This document shows positions 54,201 to 64,000 of a stretch of DNA of 64,000 nucleotides, one piece after another. Location of the stretch: contig NC_092676.1 of the NCBI RefSeq assembly GCF_964355755.1, forward strand, positions 1,555,788-1,619,787. Reading direction: 5' to 3'. The notes beneath the pieces are model-generated. The model searched no databases, was not told the DNA's origin, and worked only from the letters and a program-made list of their open reading frames with translations. Within the stretch, counting starts at the first letter, position 1. Every line of letters starts with the position of its first letter. The DNA comes from Antedon mediterranea. Lineage: Eukaryota; Animalia; Echinodermata. The translations under genes were made by a program, and so were the position numbers.

Positions 54201-55104
54201 TATAGGCTAGGCCTAGGCAGAGGAGTTTAAAATTTAGTATTTTATTATATAAATAAGACCATTTCAATGAAGATAATGTTTAATACTCACTTTTTAAGTT
54301 TTTAATATTAGTTTAAGCTAGGCCATGTAACCTAGTCAGTATCAGTAGTCCAGACCCTAGCTAGGCTAGAGTAGTATAGCCGGCCGCCCGCGCCGCGCCC
54401 GCCTGGTGGAACACCACCGCTTCGTTTTCCTTCGTCGGTTCTTCGACGGTATGCTAACTTATAACAATATTTGCACTACTAAAATAAGGAAATGCGATAT
54501 TTATCTTTAAATTTGAATCATTCTTAGAAATTACTATAAAAATATGGGTGTACATGATTTCACAATCTGTCGAAAAACCTTGCGCAATTTGCAGATTACT
54601 TGCGCAATTTAATACGTTGCTTGCGCAATTTGAAACACATGTTTCAATTCAAATTGCGCAAGGATTTTTTTTGCGCAATTTCAAATTGCGCAAATCGTTC
54701 AAATCGCGCATAACAGATGAAATGATGAGGTTACTGTAGGCTATCTCATATATCTGTCTCACTCACTCAGAGAGAAGGACAGCAGGAATGCTAGCCTTTC
54801 TATGGCTTTCCCTGGACAACGTATAGTATAGATTAAGTAACCAAGTCTAGGCCTACCAATTTTCTTTAAAACCGCCTCAAGTTAAGTAGGAGTGCGGCTG
54901 CAGTTAATATGGGTCGTTATGCAACAGACCAATTTTAAATTAAAATTCACCACTATAATGACACCCAAATAAAAAAAAAGAAACAGTAATATTATGAACT
55001 AGTGTTATTAAATATATTTGTAGATCTTGTATGTAAATTTAAGCATTATTAAATGAGATTATAGCCGATTATTATAAGCTACATTATAATACGATACTCA
55101 CCAT
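51231..55104 (-). CDS. RPS4: 40S ribosomal protein S4 (eS4), 7 coding exons
   Basis: ATG-only first coding exon (55104-55102, then GTGAGT); [80 protein letters not shown]. Confidence 0.97.
53915..54715. mobile_element. Non-autonomous Ginger-like DNA transposon in RPS4 intron 1
   Basis: TGT...ACA termini, 4-bp TSD GATG, ~60-bp near-perfect TIR TGTTATGCGCGATTTGAACGATTTGCGCAATTTGAAATTGCGC; arms made of TTGCGCAA arrays. Confidence 0.7.
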
Positions 55105-55119
55105 TTTGCCAGTTTTGGC

Positions 55120-55140
55120 GAAGAGGTCGACTTTCCGGAA
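55120..55140 (-). promoter_or_regulatory. RPS4 TCT/5'TOP initiator with adjacent ETS-like site; shared divergent region with SYAP1
   Basis: Minus-strand CCTCTTC (TCT motif) ~20 nt upstream of the ATG; TTCCGGAA at 55133-55140. Confidence 0.7.
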
Positions 55141-55499
55141 TCACAAAATATCTGAGGTTAAATTTGATTTGTTTTAATTTTTAAAAATAATCATTTTTAT
55201 TTTTTACTAACTGCTTAAAATAAAATATATTTTCGTCATTTTGCTTGAGTTTTTAGCGTTTGATGAGATTAAGTAGAAACAAATTAACAAATAAAAAATT
55301 GTAATTGGTTTTTTTTAAATATCATCGCAGCGAGCTAAAGGTCAAATGGCAAAGGTCATCTAATGTGTTTACGTTTTTGTCAAGTCAAATCTAGGCCACG
55401 GGGAATAAAATCGCTTTTTGTGTGGGTTATTCGTATTTATTTTTTTATTTTTCACACGCTGTTTAAACTAAATCGTTATTAAAATAATTTTGTATTAAA

Positions 55500-58400
55500 A
55501 TGGAGGTGTTTAGTTCATGGTGGGGAGGAACTAAAACGCCACAAACTGATGAGGTAGGCAAAACCACAGAAAAGGACGACGAGACAAATGCTGACGCATC
55601 GACTGAGGAGGTTGTAATTTCGTCGTCGTCAGAGGCAGTTGAACAAGAACAAACAGAACAGGACCAAACTGTAGAGCAGCCTAGTAAAGACAATGAAGTT
55701 GATAATAAAGAAAATACAGATGATAAACCTCCCACAAATGCTGTTGATTCAGCAAAGGATTGGGGAAGTAAGTCTATACAAATACAGTCAAACTGAAAAA
55801 AAATATTAATTGTAGATTAAAATATAAAAATAAATATAATTCGCAATTCATGCTATGTTTTTATGGGATGGGCCTATCTATATATATTTTAAATAAAAAT
55901 ACCATTATGAATGAATGAATGAATATAGAATTAAAAGAATTGTTGTGCCCGATTTTAATTAGATTGCTGTAGCTGCGAATTAAATGGAATAAAGAAAAGG
56001 ATGCAAGGAAGTCTAGTAAATTAAGAATGAAAATTATTTTATTTTATTTGTTTATGTCTACTTTTATTTTAGGTTACTTATATAATTTCGCAAAAGAAGG
56101 AACAAAAGTTGTGACCAACACCGCAACTAAAACAGCAAGTATATTGCAAAAAACTGTTCAAGATAAGGTATAGTACATGAGTAGAGTATGATGAAAATGT
56201 AGATACGCAATGCAATAATTGTAATGTTTGTACAAATTTAAATTGTTTTTCAATTCAACTTTTTTCCCCCCAATAAATGATTACACAAGCAATAACATGA
56301 TCATTAAACGCACTTTTTATTATAGGTCTAAAGTTCAAACCATCCATTTTACAAACAAAAATTTAAAGCTCTGTCTACACTATCAAACTTTATGTGACAA
56401 ACAATGTGATGACATATTACTACCATATTTGGGATATCACACTTTTTTTTTCAAACTAGTTTGATATTGTAGACAGAGCTTAAAGGTGAACATGTTTATC
56501 ATATTAAAGTAGGCATAATAACTAATAAGTTAAACATTCCTTATTAATAAAGAAATGTTGTTTTAATTATTAGACATTCATGGGAGATTTCAACAAAGAA
56601 CAAGAAAGATTTATGAAAGAGAAACACAGCAAACGATCCGAAGCTGCTGTTGCACCATGGGTAGGCTACAACGAAGAGGAACAGATGAAAGAACATATTC
56701 TAGCTCTATCAAAGGTAATCATTTACAATTCAACAACATTATTTTTTTTAAATTTATCAAATCTAGGATTTGTTTTTATCAAAATAACAACAAATTTCAA
56801 TAACAACAAAATTAACAAAGTACATTATTTTTAACTGTATCATAATCAATTCTGATAAAAACAGTCACAGTATACGGTTATAACATTGTTTGTTAATTGT
56901 TTTCATTGTTTGTATTTAAACAAAGTAAGTTTATTTTTTTTAGGACAAGAGAAATTTCTTAAGAAATCCTCCCGCTGGTGTTCAATTCTATTTTGATTTT
57001 GACACTTCGTTTCCAGTTGCCATGGCAATGTTACAAGAGGACCCCAATTTAACCAAAATGAGATTTGAATTAGTACCTAAAAGGTAATTGCTGAATAATA
57101 TTGGATTACAGTATAGTGTGAATGCTACTTTACAAATATAAGAATCTCTGATTTTTAACTGAGTTATGTTTATATGTTAATTTTTTTATTTTAACTCCTT
57201 ATTTTTACATCCTGTCTTTACACATTTAAAAAAAATGAATGCTTTTTATATGACATCAATATTGCCCTGGAAGAAATTTTATAAGTTTTTTATTTATTTA
57301 TTTCCACATAAACATTGCAACAGGAACAAAGTTTCCACTTACAGACGAAGTTATTAAAACATTGTTACTTGTAAACTGTGTCAAATAGACTAGGTACCAG
57401 ATGTGAGCTTGTAAACTGTGTCAGATAGACTAGGGACCAGATGTGAGCTTGTAAACTGTGTCAGATAGACTAGGGACCAGATGTGAGCTTTTAAACTGTG
57501 TCAGATAGACTAGGGACCAGATGTGAGCTTGTAAACTGTGTCAGATAGACTAGGGACCAGATGTGAGCTTGTAAACTGTGTCAGATAGACTAGGGACCAG
57601 ATGTGAGCTTGTAAACTGTGTCAGATAGACTAGGGACGTGAGCTTGTAAACTGTGTCAGATAGACTAGGGACCAGATGTGAGCTTGAAAACTGTGTCAGA
57701 TAGACTAGGGACCAGATGTGAGCTTGTAAACTGTGTCAGATAGACTAGGGACCAGATGTGAGCTTGTAAACTGTGTCAGATAGACTAGGGACCAGATGTG
57801 AGCTTGTAAACTGTGTCAGATAGACTAGGGACCAGATGTGAGCTTGTAAACTGTGTCAGATAGACTAGGGACCAGATGTGAGCTTGTAAACTGTGTCAGA
57901 TAGACTAGGGACCAGATGTGAGCTTGTAAACTGTGTCAGATAGACTAGGGACCAGATGTGAGCTTGTAAACTGTGTCAGATAGACTAGGGACCAGATGTG
58001 AGCTTGTAAACTGTGTCAGATAGACTAGGGACCAGATGTGAGCTTGTAAACTGTGTCAGATAGACTAGGGACCAGATGTGAGCTTGTAAACTGTGTCAGA
58101 TAGACTAAGGACCAGATGTGAGCTGAACATTGTTCATTTTGACTTAAGTCAGAATATTCTTTGTACTTTAGTGTCTCTGAAGAACATTTTTGGAGGAATT
58201 ATTTCTACAGAGTTTCTTTAATAAAACAATCGTCACAACTTACATCACTAGCTTCTGCCAAAGGTAAACAAGGTAATTTATGTTTAACATTTGACTTACT
58301 TGCTTGTTTCCCGTACACTTTCATCTAAGGTATCGAGGCGAAGCACTCAGTGCTTTAAACCCCTCTTGAAGATAAAGTCATATTCAATATAAGGTGAAAA

Positions 58401-59710
58401 CTTCAGCGGGTGGTTGGACCATGCGACGTTAAGTTTAGCTTTGAACGAGTTTACAGTAGCACATGAAACATTACAGTTTTGTAACAGATTATATCATCCA
58501 TTTCTTCATGAAAATTACTTTTTTATGCCACCACAAGAACTATATCAACTTCATAACTATTTTATATAATAATTCACAAAAAACACATTTTTTGTGAATT
58601 ACTAGAGTATATACTGTACCTTTACATATTTAAAAAAACCTAGAATCGAAATTTTATTTAAACAGAATTACTTCGAAATTTATTTATCAAAAATATAATT
58701 TAATTTTTTTTACATTTTTCAGCAAGTAATGGGGAAAATGGTAAGCAAGATGGAACAATCAAAGATGACAGTACGACTGAGTCATCAAAAATAGGTTAGT
58801 ATACAAATTGTTAGAAACAATTTCTTCACATATATTTATGACTGCTGTTTAATAGTGATATACTCTACTGTATATAAATGGTTAATAAAATGACAATGCT
58901 GTGGTTATCAGCGGATGGATCATAATTGTTTAATAGTGATATACGCTACTGTATATAAATGGTTAATAAAATGACAATGCTGTGGTTGTCAGCGGATGGA
59001 TCATAATTATTTAATAGTGATATACTCTACTGTATATAAATGGTTAATAAAATGACAATGCTGTGGTTATCAGCGGATGGATCATAATTATTTAATAGTG
59101 ATATACTCTACTGTATATAAATGGTTAATAAAATGACAATGCTGTGGTTATCAGCGGATGGATCATAATTATTTAATAGTGATATACTGTACTGTATATA
59201 AATGACAATGCTGTGGTTATCAGCGGATGGATCATATTTTACTGTAGAAAATTCTAAAAATGTTTCTATTTCATCCTAGATGTGTAGAATGCCTTAAGCT
59301 CTGTCTACACTATCAAACTAGTTTGACAAAAAATGTGTGATGTGCCTAAATATGGTAGTGATATACCCAAATATGGTAGTGATATGACATCATCATGTCC
59401 ATATATGGGCACATCACATTTTTTTGTCACATAAAGTTTGATAGTGTAGACAGAGACTTAAAATAAACTTTATCCTTGGTGCTAACATCTTGAATATCTT
59501 TTTTTTTTTTGGTAGAATCAACTCCTCCAATTGCAATTGAAATTAAAGCCAATGAAACAGAGGAAGATTCATTAGCAGATCTTCCACCCGATAGTCCGCC
59601 AGCTAACGAGTTTGTTAGCGACGCATTTAGCTCTGTCGTTGATCAAGCTGACCTACAAAAAGGTATGGAACAACTGGGAATGACGGACAAAGAGGAACCA
59701 TCTCCAGCCG
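55500..59710 (+). CDS. SYAP1: Synapse-associated protein 1 (BSD domain); 3' end unresolved
   Basis: [10 protein letters not shown]; [10 protein letters not shown]; [44 protein letters not shown]...[35 protein letters not shown]; NEFVSDAF. The exon ending at 59710 has a GT donor. The conserved acidic C-terminal exon was not found in the window. Confidence 0.9.
56367..56480. mobile_element. Harbinger-type MITE family A with internal deletion
   Basis: TAA-flanked, both TIRs present. Confidence 0.85.
57369..58124. repeat. 40-bp minisatellite, ~19 copies, SYAP1 intron
   Basis: CTTGTAAACTGTGTCAGATAGACTAGGGACCAGATGTGAG in tandem. Confidence 0.97.
58848..59236. repeat. 81-bp tandem repeat, ~5 copies, SYAP1 intron
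   Basis: AATAGTGATATAC recurs at 58851, 58932, 59013, 59094, 59175. Confidence 0.95.
59297..59458. mobile_element. Harbinger-type MITE family A, near-consensus copy
   Basis: Both TIRs and full internal sequence. Confidence 0.9.
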
Positions 59711-60549
59711 GTATGTTGATTTGAAAACATTTTGACTATACTGACTCATCCTTCCCTGTTAATACAGATTTCAAGATTTCATGCTCTAGCATGGGCTTAT
59801 GTCTTAGCATGGGCTTAGCATCAGTATACATATTTTTATTTATGTCAATTCAAATATTTTCTTTCATTGAATCCAAGCTGTTAAAAAAAACCAAATAAAA
59901 ATATTTGGAAGGATTTGAAAAGCACAACCTTGTGTCTGGGAAAAATATATAAACATCAACAAAAATTGAGAACATTGGAAATACCGTACATATTTTTAAA
60001 GCAATTTTTTTTCTATTATTACATACATTTTGTAGCTTTTAGGTTGATGTGGCAGACAATTACAAAATCTGGTTTCAATAAGAAATTCATTAATAAATAT
60101 GAAATATTAGTTTTAGCTATCTTCTGCCCTCTAGAGGCCAATGACAACATTTCCGTGAAGGATGAAAACAGTAGATGCAATACAATGTACAGTAATGTGA
60201 ACATGACATGTTCTCTTATTGCACTACAGTCAATATATACCAGTAATTTTCTTTGTTTATTTTTTAAACAAAGACCAGTATTATTATCATATCTTGTGTA
60301 ATAACATTTGCATACAATCATCTTTTTCCAAGTGATTCCAATATGTTAATTAGTTCAAATTCCAATTTAATTCATCTATTTTATGTTAAATAAACCCTTT
60401 CATACATTTTTTCCATTTTTTTTAATGCAAGTATAGGTATACAGATATATTTTATTTATTTGTTTATTCTCCAAAATGGAACACGTATACTAACACTAAA
60501 AACAAAATGTATATAATGTATCTTTACTATATAATAATTAAGCACTGAA

Positions 60550-60785
60550 CATTATATTTTCCCCGGTCATTTTTGCATCAAACATGTATGGAAACATACT
60601 CCCATAATGCAGCTAGTAATCAGCGCAAAGTTGTGTCTTGATTTAACCAGGTACCCATTTATACACCTGGGTGGAAAGGGCAAATGTAAGTAAAGTATTT
60701 AGCCTAAGGATACAAGCAATGCGACGAGAGTTGGATTCGAACCTCGATCTTACGATCAGTAGTCCAACACACTGCGCCACACACC
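60550..60785 (-). mobile_element. tRNA-derived SINE
   Basis: Minus-strand head GTGGCGCAGTG...GGTTCGAATCC (A/B boxes); central GTACCCATTTATACACCTGGGTGG; body shared with 22760-22866. Confidence 0.75.
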
Positions 60786-62264
60786 CTTACACAAGGCTAT
60801 ATTAAAATTTATTTACTAATTTATCCTATTTTTAATTTAAATTAAAATTTTAATTGGTTGTGTTGAATATGAGATTGTCTCTACAGTATTTTTTCTTCTG
60901 TAATTTTTGTTGTTTAGTATAGAGTATTCAAGATGTCAACAAATCTAGGCTGAATTATTGTGGGTTGCATCATCAAAATTGATTCATAAACATCTTATTA
61001 AATTGAGACTTATATTGTACTCAACAACAATATGATAAAAATACATATTCATTACAGAGATGATTTTTAAATAAATGGGTCATTTCATTGTTTTAAAGAG
61101 ACATATTCATATTCAAAACATGTAAATGTGGACAGCTGTCGGATAGATTAGTTAAATAATAGATACAAGTCGTTCACATTCACATCATTTTAACACATTA
61201 AGTAGAGGTTAAGGATCGCTGCAACCTAGTTTTCACTTGTAAATGGGCCTTTGATGCTATCTCCTGAGAGCGATTCAAAGTGCAGTCTTAAACACACATT
61301 ACTCAAGAGATTTCATGATATCAAAATGCTTTGTAAACAAACAACCTTTTGTTTTCGTATAGTAAACATATTTTTTGTTTTGCTTTTGTTTGTTATTTTT
61401 CTATGAATTTTGTGATCAAGTACACCAAGTGTCTGTCAATTGTTTGTACGATTTACTAGCAATGCATATATATGTAAATAATCTTAAAGGAGTTTGTATC
61501 TAGCCGGCACAAACAAACAAGCCTCTTTGAAACTAGAAATCAAACACCTATATAATAAACCATAAATAATTTATTTGATCATGATTGGGGTAGGGTGTGG
61601 CAGGGCTTTCAGAATAGTATTTTTTTGGTGTTAACCTTGCATTCACACTTCTGTAACTCCTAAGAACTATGAGTATAGTATTTGAACTCTACATTGTATT
61701 CATATTGTACTGTAGTAAACTTTCAACCAAATACATAACAGTTTCCACCTGTCCAAGATTCAAGTAAATAGAATAAAGGTCAACAAAGAATGAGTTCTTT
61801 GCAATTGGCATATATCCCAAATTACCTATTAAGCAAGTAATTCATTGACTGATATTTAATTTCAGTCTCTTTAGAAAGTCATCAACATGGTCTAGAAAAA
61901 AAAGAAACAGGTGAAAACATTGAATGAGAACATTGAGTGGGTGTGGTCTATTAGTGGATATGGTTTGAGTGAGTGGGTGTGGTCTATTAGTGGATATGGT
62001 TTGAGTGAGTCTTTGTAAATTACATTTTGAGGATGTAAAAAGTTGAAATATTGTAATGCACATATGAAATAAAAATCAAATCAGGACTTGAAAATTATCT
62101 ATAAAAATGTAATAAATATCAATTTTCAATACAGTAGATTAGAACCCCCCCCCCCCCCCCACCCCTGAGAAAAAAACAAGGACTATTATATGTTTTAACA
62201 CTACAGCCAACCCCTATTCAGGGGACACTTTGTTGGGCTCCTTCAGGACACTGTGACTTTGTTA

Positions 62265-62322
62265 AGCTCTGTCTACACTATCAATCTTTATGTGAAAAAA
62301 AGGTGTTTTTTGATAGTGTAGA
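62265..62322. mobile_element. Harbinger-type MITE family A, internally deleted
   Basis: AGCTCTGTCTACACTATCAA ... TTGATAGTGTAGAC. Confidence 0.7.
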
Positions 62323-63067
62323 CCCAAAGTGTCTCTATACTTATAGAGATTGCACTGTATTTCTATTGTATATATATATACAGGCCACAAACAACAACAT
62401 TAAACAAAATGATTAACAATAGGTACTATTGAATATAGATGCTGTTTTTCTTGTATATATGTTGGTAGCAACTGATGCATGTAACAAACACTTGTCCCAA
62501 AAATAAAACTTGGCACGGATGGTGAAGAGAAGCGATTAAATTTTGAAATTGGCAGAGAACCAAAATACTTTTGTAAGCTGATGAATCATGTGGTGCAAAT
62601 CAGAGGATTTAATCAGATGTCCCTCAGGAAATCCTCTATAAATAAGATTCTAATTCTCTCAAATCCTTCAAATCTTGTCTTCTTGATTATTTAATAATTT
62701 ATGCTCTGTTTTATGGTGTTGATGGTTCAGTAAGTAGATACTTCTTAATTCTTGGTTGGTCTTCTGGACAAGATTTTCATGCAAGCTAACTTAATTCAGA
62801 CATACAGTACTAACTACTATTAGAATAGCATAACAATTCTGACAAAAAATCTTTAATTTGTCCTACTATGTTTTGAATGGTCACTAGCCCATGGGTGTAA
62901 ACTTACGATGGAGAAGGTGTGGCATAACACAGAGGCTTAAGGCCTATGGTTCGGGAACCCTAAATGGCCCTCAAACGCTGGAGACCTTGGCCGTTTTTGA
63001 CTTTTTTCGACATATTTTAATGCCTGTTTTTTCCTCCGGGCACTGCTCTGGGGGTTTAGGGAATCTG

Positions 63068-63964
63068 CTTTTCCAATTTTGTGTGGCCCTATACCTTTTC
63101 CAATTGAGTGTGGCCCTATACCTTTTCCAATTGAGTGTGGCCCTATACCTTTTCCAATTGAGTGTGGCCCTATACCTTTTCCAATTGAGTGTGGCCCTAT
63201 ACCTTTTCCAATTGAGTGTGGCCCTATACCTTTTCCAATTGAGTGTGGCCCTATACCTTTTCCAATTGTGTGTGGCCCTATACCTTTTCCAATTGAGTGT
63301 GGCCCTATACCTTTTCCAATTGAGTGTGGCCCTATACCTTTTCCAATTGAGTGTGGCCCTATACCTTTTCCAATTGTGTGTGGCCCTATACCTTTTCCAA
63401 TTGAGTGTGGCCCTATACCTTTTCCAATTGAGTGTGGCCCTATACCTTTTCCAATTGAGTGTGGCCCTATACCTTTTCCAATTGTGTGTGGCCCTATACC
63501 TTTTCCAATTGTGTGTGGCCCTATACCTTTTCCAATTGTGTGTGGCCCTATACCTTTTCCAATTGAGTGTGGCCCTATACCTTTTCCAATTGTGTGTGGC
63601 CCTATACCTTTTCCAATTGAGTGTGGCCCTATACCTTTTCCAATTGAGTGTGGCCCTATACCTTTTCCAATTGAGTGTGGCCCTATACCTTTTCCAATTG
63701 AGTGTGGCCCTATACCTTTTCCAATTGAGTGTGGCCCTATACCTTTTCCAATTGTGTGTGGCCCTATACCTTTTCCAATTGAGTGTGGCCCTATACCTTT
63801 TCCAATTGAGTGTGGCCCTATACCTTTTCCAATTGAGTGTGGCCCTATACTTTTTCCAATTGAGTGTGGCCTTATACCTTTTCCAATTGAGTGTGGCCCT
63901 ATACCTTTTCCAATTGTGTGTGGCCCTATACCTTTTCCAATTGAGTGTGGCCCTATACCTTTTT
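63068..63964. repeat. 27-bp minisatellite, ~33 copies
   Basis: CCTTTTCCAATTG(A/T)GTGTGGCCCTATA in tandem. Confidence 0.97.
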
Positions 63965-64000
63965 TGCATCTTTTTTTAGAAAATTGTTGTACTCTTTAAT

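Noticed and set aside
53912-54739. ORFs rich in CAI/LRN/AQF repeats
   Set aside because: Translations of TTGCGCAA arrays in a non-autonomous transposon.
62891-63999. Three long ORFs (362, 332, 306 aa) with 9-aa repeats
   Set aside because: Artefacts of a stop-free 27-bp minisatellite; no splice or domain support.

Overview
AT-rich, intron-rich animal (invertebrate-like) nuclear DNA; not prokaryotic, and no CRISPR or rRNA was seen. Bases 1-9.5 kb are gene-free: a 3.6-kb TTAA-flanked Kolobok-like element, a hAT-like element and a ~41-copy 76/77-bp satellite. Six housekeeping genes follow in strictly alternating orientation, forming three head-to-head pairs: ATM(-)/MYCBP(+), ABCB7(-)/UPRT(+) and RPS4(-)/SYAP1(+, 3' end unresolved). 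An apparently intact Rex1/Babar-type LINE lies antisense in an ATM intron. Introns carry about 20 copies of one PIF/Harbinger-type MITE, most with one or more perfect CArG boxes, plus Tc1/mariner-, hAT-, Ginger-, Crypton- and P-like non-autonomous elements and tRNA-SINEs. Main observations: two 21-26 bp P-element-like excision footprints with 7-bp TSDs, a U12-type intron in MYCBP, the ABCB7/UPRT bidirectional pair shared with human, an ATM without evident S1981-Q and C2991 equivalents, and an in-frame duplicated ATM exon end. I found no clearly new multi-gene system. Exon and TE boundaries were read by eye, and superfamily calls rest on TIR/TSD rules rather than database hits.
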